Made by a program: the position numbers and the translations under genes
Assembly (NCBI RefSeq): GCF_009914755.1
Contig: NC_060928.1
DNA from: the human T2T-CHM13v2.0 reference genome, Homo sapiens
Strand: one strand, 5' to 3'
DNA length: 64,000 nucleotides
Shown here: in pieces, positions 48,700 through 64,000 of the stretch
Layout of the letters: each line of letters begins with the position of its first letter
How positions within the stretch are numbered: the stretch's first letter is position 1
The notes under the pieces: model-generated
What the model saw: the letters and a program-made list of their open reading frames with translations, nothing else
Told to the model about the DNA's origin: nothing
The model's database searches: none

Positions 48700-49898
48700 T
48701 CATAAATGTAAGATTAGCTTCTTCTAACATGGAGGAAATCTTCCTTCCTCAATCTAATTAATTCTGACCTTCGGAACTTAGATCAGATCTAAGTTCAGAT
48801 CTTATATTTGTCCTATCCAAATCTGCATTACTGAATTAACACATAGGTGGGAGGAAGTAAATTTAATAATAGGTGATTATATTATTCAGACAACAAGTAC
48901 AATAGGTGAACTTTAAAAAAGAAAACACGTAACTCTAAGCAGCAATTAAAAGATGTCTTTTAAGTTTATGTTTATATTTAAGATATTGAGTATAATGTGT
49001 GCTAAGCTTCTGTGTTCTTAAAACTGTGAACCATTTTAATAATTTCTTTTATTAAAAAGAAACAATTTCTGTTTGTATCCTAACTAAATCAAGTGAACAC
49101 ATAATATTTATGTTAATGGCCTTTAAGCCATAAGAACTAGAAATGATATTTTTATTACTCTAAACATATGCTATGTTGACTACTTTCTGAATTTATACTA
49201 AAACATAGTTTTTCAGTATATTAGTTTTTTGACATAATGAATTAGTTATAGGTTGACTATAGGTCACTCCTGAGTTTCTTTTGTTCTTGAACTAAGAAAA
49301 GAATGTTTCCTCTAAATCAGCATTTTCTGATTTTTACTATTAACAGGAAAGGCCCCAACCCAGCTTATTTTGAAAGGAGTAATATTATTTGTCGGTGACA
49401 ATATTTTCCTGGGTTGTCCAGAAAGCACAAAATCTTTTGTAATTAATAATAGTGTTTCTTTTCACTCACCAGTGGGTCCAGTTTAGACAACAAATTATTT
49501 GGTGACCGTAATGATTTGCTCTGATTTGTTTTATAAACTTGGACTTCTAAGGTTTCACTATTCTAATTTATTGTATAATTTTCAATTCTGATTGGTGTAA
49601 ACAAATTTGTTTGAATTATTTCACATATAAGTTTCTCATGAAACAGTTTGAACTCAAGGACACAGAAAAATAGGATTTCATTCTATTAAAATAATAATTC
49701 CGTTTACTTGTAGAATATTCTCTGGAATATTATGACCTGGTTATAATGACTACCATATATTGTATCGAATTCATTTTATTCTTCTGGATATCATACATTA
49801 CAAAATATGTTCTGATTACTTTCAATACTAGTTATTATACTACACAATACATGTAGATACTTATTTTCACTTTCATTTCTGTTGATGATGGTGCCTGA

Positions 49899-50217
<319 letters not shown>

Positions 50218-51383
50218 GACTGCTATGGTTTTGATTGATGTGCCTGCTAAATGGTGAACTAGTAAAGAACTGTTTCATGGTCAGAAACTGAGCTTTTGAG
50301 GAAAAATAAATTAGGATAAATAGATAATTAGATAGTCTTGAAATGAGTTGAAATACCAGAGAATAAGGTTGAGAAGATCAACATGTTCTTATCTTTGTTT
50401 AAAAAAAGCAACCATTTATGAGATTAAAATAATTGTTTTGCTATTTAATGTACTTTGTAACTTTTAATGAGATATGTGAAAATTTAATCTAAATTCAACT
50501 AGCTTTATTTTCAACACATTTTTGTTATATGTCTGTTATGTGCCATATACTGATAGATATGATGCAACTTCTGCTCTCATTGTGCTTATGGTCAAATATT
50601 ACAAAGTTTATGGATAAGGGAAGAAATATTATTTATCATTACAAATAAACAAAATACTTAAAATTATGAAATCTGGGCAATCAAATCTGGGCATTCTGCT
50701 TTGTAATTTAATATATTTTATACAACTAGAGCAAATTTGATAATATCTTTCTCCCCTTTGCCTTTATTAATTCCTTTATGAGAAAATGGATTCTCATAGT
50801 AAGAATACTTTAAAAAAATGTATGGGCCATAAAAATACTTGGTTTTAAAATTTTATAAATGAGATTAAATAAACCTAGAAAATGTGAGTCATCTTTAAAT
50901 TATTTAACTACATAAACACTTTCTGGTACAGTTTTCCATAATAAATATTGGTTTAATATGTATAATTTATAGTTTATGAAATTAAATATAAAACAAGTTA
51001 TTTATAGATTTTGCTAGAAACTTTTTCTAGAAATGTAAGGGCCACACATTTTTTTCTATACTCTGTGCATAAATAGTGAAGTGTAGGGATTGTTTTATGT
51101 AGATAACTTTAAAAAGTTAATCTTCACAAATTTCATCTTTGGTATATAAAATGTACATTTCCCATGCAAAACTAATTTATAAGAATATCAAAATTATCAT
51201 TCTCAGAAAACCAAACAACAGAATGGCTGTGACTACTAGCAGTGAAAAAGTTTGACACTACATGTGTTTGGTATGAGGGTACAACTAGTTTCTAACTGTA
51301 TTCTTTCTTTTACAATAATGTGTAATTCTAAACTCCAAAAGTCAACCTCTTTTTCTTAGAGTATTTTTCTTTCTTTTTCACAG

Positions 51384-51403
51384 CACGGAAAAGGATATGC
51401 TAG
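51384..51403 (+). CDS. PCDH10: PCDH10 terminal coding exon (20 coding nt; T-RKRIC-stop)
   Basis: Strong polypyrimidine tract + cacag acceptor ending 51383. Phase 1 completes the frame to TAG at 51401-51403. Exon sum 3123 nt = 1040 aa, the known long-isoform length. Confidence 0.92.
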
Positions 51404-52820
51404 TCAATTCTACAGGACTTACCTGAAGCAGCATGATTTGCACAAAGTCGACCAACAAAAGCATCAACTTTTCAACTTCATTATCTTGGCCATCCAGTTA
51501 GTCATGTGTAACTGAGTATTAGATTTCGGATGGAGTCATCATGGCCAATTATAGGACCTAATTGCTCTCAGCAGGCCTGAGAAATGAGTTGAAATGTGCA
51601 GAACTGTAGAAACTTTAGAGGCAACAGATTTTGCCTCCCCGATCAGTGTGTGCCTGTTTACAGCACTATCTATCTTTCTCTCTCCAAATGTCACTGAGCC
51701 CTTTAGATGTTTATATTCACCACGAGAAGCCAGTCATAAAGATAAAGGAAATTTGTGCATTATAAATGCAATATCACTGTTTTAAACTTGACTGTTTTAT
51801 ATTATTTTTGTGTGATCAAGTGTTCCGCAAGCTATTCCAACTTTACAAGAGAAATTGTGATTATGTTCTTTTCACCTGTGGGTTATAAAAAATGTTGTAT
51901 TCTGAAGACCCACAAAATATCAAAGACATTCTGTAGTTTATACACCGTGTTGCAAAGTGTTTACTGTACTATTTCAAAGCTTCTAAATAAATATAAAATA
52001 TATATATTATATTATATAATTTTCCTAAAATGTGGTACAACTCAGTTGGTTTTTAAATGGATGCATACAGTCCACATCATACAATAAAATAAAAGGTAAT
52101 TCAGGGTCCCAAAGACAAACTTACTAAGAAAAAATCATTAATAGTTTTCTCCCAATTTCCATATCTTACTCAACCGTGTTTTTCCTTGTTTAAAAGAAAA
52201 TGATGCTCTAAGCTACAAAATTTTGTCAAAAACTCATATTGAATTTTCAATGCCAAAGATGTAGCTATTGATGTTATCAGACAGAGCACTGACTATGTAC
52301 TATCAAACTATCTAACAATCTGCATAAGTCTGATTCTATTTCTATGACTTTGAATTTAGAATCACTTAAAGCTTTTATAAAGAATCGATAAATTCACCTG
52401 TATTTGTTGTTAGAAAAAAACTGGGTGTCTGTACATTTTGTGGTGTAAAATATGTAATTGAAGATTACTATTTTAAGAAGTCATCAGTCATATCACTCAC
52501 ACAGAATTTTATTTTACATAGTTTTGTGACTTAATTACACATGAATATAAAATCTATAATTCTATATGAATATATAGAGATATAGAAACATCTGAACTGG
52601 TAAAGAATAACTATAAAATATGAAAGCTCTAAATTTAAAATAAATTTAGAGATAGAATCATGGTACATTATTGTTTCAGTATTCCATGTAAAAATTTTAT
52701 AGCTTAAATGTAGTCAGTGTTTGATTAATGAAAAAATTCTTCATGAGTCAGCCTTCAAAAGTTAAGCTTGCCTTTTACTTTTATGTCAACAATATTAATT
52801 ATTAAATTTAGTAAGACGCA
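51404..52820 (+). other. PCDH10: PCDH10 3' UTR (proximal form; may extend to ~55.9 kb)
   Basis: Follows the stop codon. AATAAA at 51986, 52083, 52088, 52639; ATTAAA at 52801 followed by a U/GU-rich element. Confidence 0.65.
52801..52806 (+). terminator. Candidate polyadenylation signal of the terminal exon
   Basis: ATTAAA, CA ~13 nt downstream, then a U-rich and GU-rich tract. Confidence 0.5.
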
Positions 52821-53196
52821 CTTTCCTTTCTTTTATATATTTTTTCTACTGTTGTGTATGCCTTGTTAGAACACATTCGAGAGAGGAAAAAAATCAGAGA
52901 ATATAAGATAATCTTTCAAGCAAAAAACAGAATTGTCACAGCTCCCCTCGCCCTCTAAACTATGATATCAAAACATCATATCAAAGCTTCAACATTATAT
53001 CAAAATGTTTGCCCAGTTCAAATTAGAAACCTGTTTTGAAATACTTTCCTTAATTTTTAACTGATCTTATATTCAATGACAGTTTGAGCTGCACTGTGTT
53101 ATTAAAGAATAGACTAAAACTTAACATTTGACAAATGTTCTTCATCAAATTTTATGTAACTTAAGTGGAAATTTTTCCCTAGATTTAACTTTAAAA

Positions 53197-53204
<8 letters not shown>

Positions 53205-53229
<25 letters not shown>
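53205..53229. repeat. (CA)n microsatellite
   Basis: Direct reading. Confidence 0.95.
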
Positions 53230-56200
53230 TTAGGTCCTGATATGTACATTTAGAGTGATATATTGGTATCACTCATTTGACTGTTATCAAATTAGATATT
53301 AATATATCATATTCCAATCAGTTCATATATCAAAATAATGTATGTAATGTTCCAGCCTTTTGAAGTCTCTTTAAACATATATGAAGCTAACAGATCATAT
53401 GTAATACAAAAAGCACATAAATTCACTAAGTGCAGCAGTAACATTTTCTTAAACTTTGGCATTACTACATTAATATTTTGAATGATAGACTATTTTAGTA
53501 AGGAAATGTTTATACATAATTTAACTGGAAAAAAGTCTGTTTGTTCCAACTCTTTTTTTTAGCAAGAAAATGATTTTCTTGTTGAGTCACTCTGCTTTAA
53601 TTAAAATGTTTCACGCATCATTTTGCAATCATGGGTGAATATCCACATCCATCTTCCTTACTGCATGCATTGAAAATAAGATTATACTCACTTCATGTAT
53701 AGTAATTATATTGTCATTTACCTCAAAGACATTTTCTTTAATTATTTAACCTTTTATATCATTGTATATAATCTCCTTTGAACCAACTTTTTTATTATAT
53801 ATTTGTGTATTAGTTATTTTCATATATCCTAGGAACTAGTTATACTAACTTACATTTTAGTTATCATCAATCTACAAAACCAAAACCAGAACTTCTTCCT
53901 AATTTGCGGGACAAATAGAATTGTTTAAGGATAAAATGCTACATTATTAGGTCATTAATCAACTTATCTGTTGCATCCAAAGTAAATTAGAAGTTACAAC
54001 AGAGTAAGGATATGATTCTTGTAAGTTGGTTAAAATGTTTTCTTCCAATGAGGGGGACTATAAAATGGAAAGTGCAACCAACAAATAATGAAGGTTTCTA
54101 ATTAAGCATTTACTAGATTAATATATCAAGGAATTTTAGGATAGGTTTTCTCTTTAATCTGGTCATTCTAATATCCAATCTTACATAATTTTATATACAT
54201 CAAAGAATAATATCCATCGTATTAGACAGTATTTCGTCAATAAATTATTTCAGAAAAAATAATCATGTCATTTACTCCTTGTTAACATGGTTAGTTTTAG
54301 AGCAGTCAAAGTCAAAAAAAATTTCCTGTGGAAACAGTGTCTTAATGTTTCAAAGGTATGTCAAAAGACAATTTTTAGAAAATATTTCATCCACATGTAG
54401 AATTCTAATTTTTAACGTGTGAACATAGTTTGGTGAAATCATCTTAAATCAAATTTAAATATCACATCAGAATTACTTCACAGATATAATAGCGTCAATG
54501 ATATATGTATCATCTTTTCTTGGCAAATATTAAGGAAATATGTGTATTTTATTTTTTAAAGATATTAAATGCACTGCCTTTATCAAACATTGCAAATTAA
54601 GAACTATAGTAGAATATTTAAATATTTTAATTTCTCATTGTTTTATTTGTTAATTGGATTGTAATTTGCCATCAGATTCTCTGTATTATAGAAGCTATCT
54701 TGCTTCTTCAATAAGAGGAGGAAAAAGAATCTCACAATTCCCAATATAATCTTTAACAACTGTACGTTAATTGTACCATTTTACCTTCTAAACATTATTT
54801 ACTGGAGCTCAGTTAGTCTTTAAAACAATTACTCAGGCAGAGTGTGGCAAAAGTTCAGCAAGATCAAGAAAAGTATTTAAGTTATTGACTGATCATAGCA
54901 CTGTTATTTGTCATTGCATGTGTTTTTCCCCCTCATGTTTCTATGTGTGCTATTGATACCCAAGGAACTCAAAAATACTTAAAATATTGGTATACTTGAT
55001 GATTTTTCTGAAAATCTTATATTTTTCATATTACAAATTCTTGAGTTCTTTATCTTTTTCAAGTCTAATTTTGTAGTGGTAAAGGCTTTGCACTTAACAT
55101 CCTTTTGTGTTCCTTTTTAACAAGGAAAAACAGAAAATAATGGAATTCCATATTTTTTACACCATGGAGTAGTAAAATTATTTTATATATTGTTAGTACT
55201 TCAACAAACATCCCTCTGCTAAGTCAGACAAAATCCTTATACAGTAATTTGTGAAACTGTTCAGTAGAGTATTCTTTTCTTCAAATCTTGGCATAGGTTT
55301 TAGATTATAGCATTCTGTATGAATGCAGGTAGATGGGTGCCGCCAGAGTATTGCAGGCAATAATACGACTAAAATTCTAATACTTTTAGTGTGCATGCGT
55401 GTATTTCTAATCACTGTTATTTTTTAAGTATTTGTAAAATTAGAAAAATTGCTTTTATTTCTTGAAAAGTTGTCACATGCTTAGTTTGAAGTTTTACTCT
55501 CCAGATGTTTTTGAGTTGCATAAAAATCTTGCATTCATCATTCAAAAAATACTAAATTTCACATGAGACTCAAAAATTTCTGAATGATGGAACTCAGACT
55601 TCCAATACATTCATACATGCTAGAGCTGAAAGTAAGCAGGGAATTTCAGCTCTAAACACATTTTTGAGACAGTTATCTGTGAGTGAAAACAGGGTATTAT
55701 AACAAAAGATGAGTTTCAATCTTAACTACAGTGTTTGTTACTGTGAATGCTATAATAATACATAAGTAAAATGAGTGTAAATGTAATAAATTATTTTATA
55801 CTGCTGTATACATATGAAATAAATAAAACTAGGATACATATTATGCCATTTTTCCATGCATGGATCTTCCACTGACGCCTGTGGGAGCTTTGAATAAAAA
55901 TCAGTGGCAAATATGGCTCTAAGTTTAAAAACATCTAATGCTGATTTAGTAATTTTAGTCTTAATATAACAGGTCTAAGGGGACATCTGTTCAAAACTGA
56001 GTCTCATTTGAAGCAGCATATGCTAGGTTTTAAAGGATTTCATTATATTTATAGCTTTGAAAGTAGACATTTAGTTGTATATGATTCTCATGATACCCAA
56101 AATGAATCATAGAAGTATATATTTTTCCACCTAATGCTGTATTTACTTTTTAACTTTTTTTTGATGTGTAGTAATACCAAGGGTCCACAAAGATTAACAT

Positions 56201-57209
56201 AGAGGTTGTACATAAGATATGAGTACCTTCAAGCAATAAAAGAAAGGGATTTTATCTATAACTTTAGAAACACAGCATTTCATATTTAAAGTTGATAGAA
56301 ATGTAAGGAAAAATAAAATCCGTATGGGTATCATCTTCCAAGAAGAAAATATGAATTAAGGGATAGATACTTTTTACAATATGAAAATAATCAGAATTTA
56401 CCCTATAGAAATTTAAGTCTGAATTAACTACAAGGTAATAGAAGAAACGTTCTTCTTAATCTCATGTGTGTTCTCTGTAACTGATTTTCTTGAGTGCAAA
56501 CTGCACGTATCTGGACCAAGGTTCATTTTATAAGGCAACAAGTTAGCCAGGGGGAGGGTGTGGCTAGGTGTTTCTCTTGCTTTGAACATCTAATAAACCA
56601 ATTCAGTGGAAAAGAACCGAATAAAATACAGAAGAATGATAGTTCTCAATGAAAGGTTAACAGCTATGATTACAAGTTGCCTTGCTTCCCCCTGTGTATC
56701 ACTACCTTTTATCCCTTATTTTCACTCTTTCTGGGAAATATAGACTCTTTAAGATTATGAATTTTCAGTGGTAAAATTAAATTGTATTAGATTACAGACA
56801 TATACTGAGGTCTAACAGTGCGAGAAAGTAAGAATGAATGGTACTATCTGCCTTTAGGAAAATTACAGTTTCCAGGGAAATTGGAAGAAAATATTAAATC
56901 ATCAAATAATTAAGTGATCAAAATTTGTGGTTGAGACTTATCAGTGGCCCTAGATTATAACATAAAAAATAAGTAAATAAAATAGAAAAATAGATTAGAA
57001 AAGTATCAAAATACATCATTTATGTAAAAGCAAATGGTTCTTTGTGAAACTTTTTTCAGATATATATACATATATAAAATAGGTCACAATGTAAAATATA
57101 TTTCTTACTGTGAATCACTCCCCAAAATATTTGAAAAGCACTGCACCATATGATCTGTTTTTCAAATTTAAACTTATTTAATGCTGTGGAAACAGGGAAG
57201 ATATTTCTG

Positions 57210-57342
57210 AAGTTACCTCACATCTGAATCTTAATCTTTTACCCTTTGTAAAATATGGATAAGTACACTTAGTTGTAGAATTGCTGTGAGGATTAGGTGA
57301 ACTGATGAATCTGAAATGCATAGCACAATTCTAACACAGACT
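57210..57342 (+). mobile_element. MIR fragment, interrupted by the LTR8
   Basis: Core-like tgtaaaatatggataa...gctgtgaggattaggtga...aatgcatagcacaattctaacacag. Confidence 0.6.
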
Positions 57343-58079
57343 TGTAACTGCCTAACAGGTTCACCTTGCCCACTGCTTAGACACAGCCAATTTATCAAGA
57401 CAGGGGAATTGCAATAGAGAAAGCTATTCATGCAGAGCCTACTGTTAGGGAGACCAGAGTTTTATTATTACTCAAATCAGTTTTTCAGAGTATTTGGGGA
57501 ATCAGAGTTTTTAAGGATGATTTGGTGGGTGGGGGGACCAGTGAATCAGGAGTACTGATTGGAGGGTTCAGAGATGAAATCATAGGAAATAGAAGCTGTT
57601 AAGCTGTCATGTTGCACTGTTAGTTCCTGGCTGGGGGCCACAAGACTGGATGCACCGGTTTATCAATCTGGATGGTGCCAGCTATTTGATTAAGTGAAGG
57701 GTCTCCAAAATATCTCAAGCAGTGATCTTAGGTATTACAATAGTGAGGTTATCCCCAGAAGCAATTCAGAAAAGGTCAGAATCTTGTAGCCTCCAGCTGC
57801 ATGATTCCTAAACCATAATCTCTAATCCTGTGGCTAATTTGTTAGTCCTACAAAGGCAGTCTAGTCCCCAGACAGGAAAGTGGTTTGTTTTGGGAAAGGG
57901 CTGTTATCATCTTTGTTTCAAAGTTAAACTATAAACCAAGTTCCTCCCAAAGTTAGCTTGGCCTATGCCCAGGAGTGAACAAGGACAGATTGGAAGTTAA
58001 AAGCAAGATGGAGTTGGCTAGTTCGGATCTCTTTAACTGCAATAATTTTCTCAGTTAAAATTTTGCAATGGCAGTTTCA
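57343..58079 (-). mobile_element. Solo LTR8-family (ERV1/MER4 group) LTR
   Basis: TG...CA termini. Minus strand begins tgaaactgccattgcaaaatt; plus-strand end tgtaactgcc...ttcaccttgccc...tttatcaagacaggggaattgcaatagagaaag matches recalled LTR8 consensus. Confidence 0.85.
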
Positions 58080-59200
58080 CAATGCAAGTAGTATATGTTA
58101 TTAAACTTTTTTCAACATTTAACCACTGATCTTGGTTACCAAAAGTATAGAATACAGTCTACAAACAAAAGAAATTCTTTTCTCAAAATTTCAACCTGCC
58201 ACAGAGCTGTGTCTAAGCAGTGCAAATTTCAAAACCTCAAGATGAAAGTAGACTTGCCATTGGTATCCACTCATCAGCTCAGTTCATATTTGCCTCTCCA
58301 TTTATCAGTGGTATGGAGTACAGGAAATAAAACAAATCTGGCTGGGTTCGCTTTCTTCCTCCACTTCCTTTTATAGCTCTCAAATAGTCCTCTATCTCTA
58401 CTATTGAAAAATACATGTGTATGTTTGCACTAGGACATATTTATCTGACCCCAATGGCCTTTCTGAATATGTATTTCCATACAAATAAATGCTTGTTGGA
58501 AATACTGCATATTTGACAGAATCATTTTGTTTGCATATGATTTTCATAAAAATGAATTTGGGCAGTATTCGGTATCTGCTCAATAGAATTGAATTTTAAA
58601 AGTTGCTCTAATAGTAGACTTCTTGAAGTTGTCATTACTTAGCTTGACAGGCTCTGTTCCCTAGAGGTGTCCTCCTCTTTACTTATTTTTTTCTTTTGAA
58701 TCAATTAAAAGTTTTATCTCCTTGTCATGAAAACTAGGTTTTAAATTTCCCAGTTAAGGTAGTTCAAAATAATCTGTAACTTAACTGACATTTCTAAGTA
58801 TTCATATTGTGAAGGGAATTTATTGATCCATAATGAAAATATTGTGTAGATGAAGATATTTTTGTTTTGGTTTGCTTATTTTTCATAGAAAACATCTGAT
58901 GATCATTGGGCAACTCCTCAACCAATCTGTCTGAAAGATAGGAACATTTAGATAACATTGCAATCACCTAATCTGAAACACAATCCCCATCTCCATTTTC
59001 TCCCTATCATTGTGAATAACTCTTCTTTTGATCATGAAAAAAGGAAGAAAAGAAGTGTTGGCATGGTGAATTGTGTAAGCCCACAACTCTAAATGTTATT
59101 TCAAAAATGTGAGAATTCTCTTATTCTCAGTTGTGTTTCCTAATTAATAATAGAGTGAATAGCCAATTTCAAACTTTTCTGGCAAAGTATTTCTCTCAAA

Positions 59201-59202
<2 letters not shown>

Positions 59203-59238
<36 letters not shown>
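59203..59238. repeat. (TG)n microsatellite
   Basis: Direct reading. Confidence 0.95.
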
Positions 59239-59239
<1 letters not shown>

Positions 59240-60233
59240 TTGGGAAAGGTAATAACAGGCTCATATGAAAGAATACATGAAAATAAAAGATAATATTATA
59301 GGTAAAACATCTGCATTTTGATCCCCTTTAATATTAGTCTTTAAAGTATCAAAATGCCTGGTTGGAAAGCAATAGTATTTGATCATCAACAAGCTGGCAT
59401 GGGCTTTTCAACCCGTGCAATCAATGATTTATTTTAACATTGCGTGAAAACCACCCTTATTTATGACAGGGCTACAAAGACTACAAAAAAACAACACAAT
59501 GGTTGCAACAGAATATACCAAACAAAATTGAATTAAAGGCAGAGAGAATGAGAGATGTGTGTGAGAGTTATATTTTAACATACATAAGTTAAAACAAGGA
59601 AAAAAGTAATGAAAACAAATGATAAGTAATTCTAGTTTTAACCTGACAAAGAATGAAATAAAGTGGTACAATAGTCCTTAAGCAACATTAAGAGGTATAT
59701 TAAATTTGATTTTAAAATGTGGTAATATCAAACCACCTCATTGAATGCCTCCATAGATGCTTACGTTGCTTCCATTGCCTCTTTGACAATGATGTATGGC
59801 CTCACATGACAGTGTTTGCAAATATTACTCCGTTTAAAGGTGTATTCCTAATTCTAAGATGGTGTACTTATAACTTTAGAAACCAGAATAGGGGAAAATT
59901 GGTGACACCACTAACATCATGCAAAAATATGTAATACTGGCATAGCTTTTTATCAAGCTATATGATAAGGCTACAACACTGTGGTTATTGGTTATAGATG
60001 TTGCTGCTGAGGTGGGAAGCAAGCTTCTAGCTGCAAATCAGTTATTTGGAGTGAAAAGGTATATTAGGTGATTTTTTTTAGTTTAAGATGTATTTCTGTG
60101 TGTGTGAGAAAGCATTTTTTAACACTCTATAGAAGTGTCTATCCCAGTCCTAGATATAATAACAATAAAAGATAAAAATAAATGCTATGAATAACTAAGA
60201 GTTGCCTAATTTAGATTTAGCAAGATAACTTGC

Positions 60234-60573
<340 letters not shown>

Positions 60574-60998
60574 TAGCAAGATAACTTGCAAAAATGGAAA
60601 AGAGAAAAAGAGACATTGGGGTAGGAAGAGACTACTGTGAATCTCTAGGTAAGGAACAAATGAACACAATTGACTTAGAATGGACTGGTAAAAATGGAGG
60701 GGAGAGGATAGAATTGAGAGGCATTTCGGGGGGACAAATAGGATGTACTTCCTCACTACCATGTTGGTCAGTCAGCTGATGAAGGTGAGGGAGAAATGAT
60801 GATGACGGATGTTTTCTTCTTTGCCGGAGAGGACCATGCTGCCATTAAACAAGTTAATGTAAAGGAAAAAAACTCTGCAAAAAATATCTTATTTGTAGAA
60901 AGGCTTTCTAATTTTCTCTATTATTTAATTTTACTATGCTTGCTGCCCATGTGGGGCCTGAACTGCATTATATTTAAACAACTCCACAGTTGTTTTTA

Positions 60999-61334
60999 AT
61001 TATTATTATTATTATTATTATTACTATTATTATTATTATTATTATTATTTTCAAGACGGAGTCTTGCTATGTCACCCAGGTTGGAGTGCAGTGGCCTGAT
61101 CTCGGCTCACTGCAAGTTCCGCCTCCCGAGTTCACGCCATTCTGCTGCCTCAGCCTCCCGAGCTGCTGGGACTACAGGTGCACGCCGCCACGCCCAGCTA
61201 ATTTTTTTGTATTTTTATTAGAGACGGGGTTTCACCGTGTTAGCCAGGATGGTCTCGATCTCCTGACCTCGTGATCCACCCACCTCAGCCTCCCAAAGTG
61301 CTGGGATTACAGGCGTGAGCCACCGCGCCCGGCC
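60999..61334 (-). mobile_element. Alu (AluY-like, CpG-rich) with (ATT)n tail
   Basis: ttcacgccattct, caccgtgttagccaggatggtctcgatctcctgacctcgtgat; ends caccgcgcccggcc. Confidence 0.96.
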
Positions 61335-62541
61335 TTTTATTTTTATTCTAATATAAAATGGTACTATTCATGCTGTATTATGCTTTATTCTCTACTAATG
61401 GTTACTAATATTATTTAAATTATATCTCTTGTCAAAACTTTCTCATTAATAATGTTTAGAAGTAATTTTATAAATATATCATATGTAAATTATAATTAGT
61501 TTTAAAGTTTTTTTGTATATATAACTTTGGCTAGTATATGTACCAAAATTAGGCTTGACCCATGTAAAAAGGACACAGGTTAACTCAAACCTTCTGGCAT
61601 TTTTTTTCTTTTTTTTTGTAACAAACACCCATAACAATAAGTAATAAAGATAAAGAAAATGTTAATAAAATATTTAAAAGATGTAACTATTGTAAAAGAC
61701 ATTTTAAAATCTTTCCTATGCATCTGAGTTCAACTAATGTTTTCAACAAATATTTTTGAAGAAGTCTTAACACCTTCAAGTTGTTAAGTCTATATTCATC
61801 AACTATCTTCTAACCTTTACTAGCAATTAATCTTATTTTCTATTTTTTAAGCGGGTCCCACAGGATAATAGAATGTTAATGCAGAACAGGGCCTTAAAAA
61901 TATTTTGGTCTGAATCCCACCTATGAAGAAAATGACACAAATATAAGTCAACTCATGGAAGAACCTAACAATAAACTTAACAACCCACCCTAATCCTTTC
62001 TCTTGACTCTGAGTTCTCCACCTGTGCCAGGCTATGTTTCCATTCTCTGTGTCTTATTTTAAAATTGAAATCTTGGGAGTAGTGATATTTGAAAATATAC
62101 AAATAAATTATAGCATCTAGAACCTCATTTTATATTTTAAAATTTCCAGTTCTTGCTATGTTCACCCATAACGATGATTCTCTCATATAAGGCACTGTTA
62201 AATTTGGCCTAAAAAACTAAAGACAGTTCTTATTGTTCTTTTATGGATTTATATTAAAATGAAATGTAGGCATTTTTATTCCTCTTAATGACATGTTATA
62301 TTGGTAGTGAATAAGCACAATTACAGCCAAATATGAGTACGTCTCCCAGAGAAATCACATTGAACAAACTGCTGCATCACCAAGAGTAAATCTGACTAAC
62401 CTGATTTTACAAAACCATCATCATTTCACCTAATAATTCCACCCCAGTTAGCTCAACTTACTTTAACTAATTTAGTGAAACATTGAAAGAAAAATAGGAA
62501 GGCATGTAAAGGATAGTTTAATTACCTACTATTCACCCCAT

Positions 62542-64000
<1,459 letters not shown>

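Overview
Mammalian genomic DNA (primate Alu, LTR8 and MER elements; the protein is recognisably human PCDH10). The window holds the complete protocadherin-10 gene on the + strand. Five coding exons (11382-14012, 15548-15606, 16158-16264, 24218-24523, 51384-51403) total 3123 nt = 1040 aa + stop. An exon-1 read-through gives an 896-aa short form. Upstream lie a CpG-island promoter with bidirectional motifs, an upstream-ATG-rich 5' leader and minus-strand splice signals that fit a divergent lncRNA. The rest is AT-rich intron and flank with eight Alus, an LTR8, DNA-transposon relics and ancient MIR/L2/CR1/L1 fragments. I see no CRISPR array, RNA gene or new multi-gene system. The best unexplained signals are: (i) a ~315-bp non-Alu inverted copy in intron 4, bracketed by a 23-bp direct repeat next to an AT palindrome, with smaller template-switch-like scars elsewhere; (ii) exon 4 (CM2 + WIRS) starting with a donor-like GTATGGA that could allow in-frame recursive removal; (iii) a splice route that could bypass all eight upstream ATGs; (iv) intronic polyA options that swap the C-terminus. 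Repeat family names are from recall of consensus sequences, not a search. Repeat boundaries are approximate unless a TSD is given.
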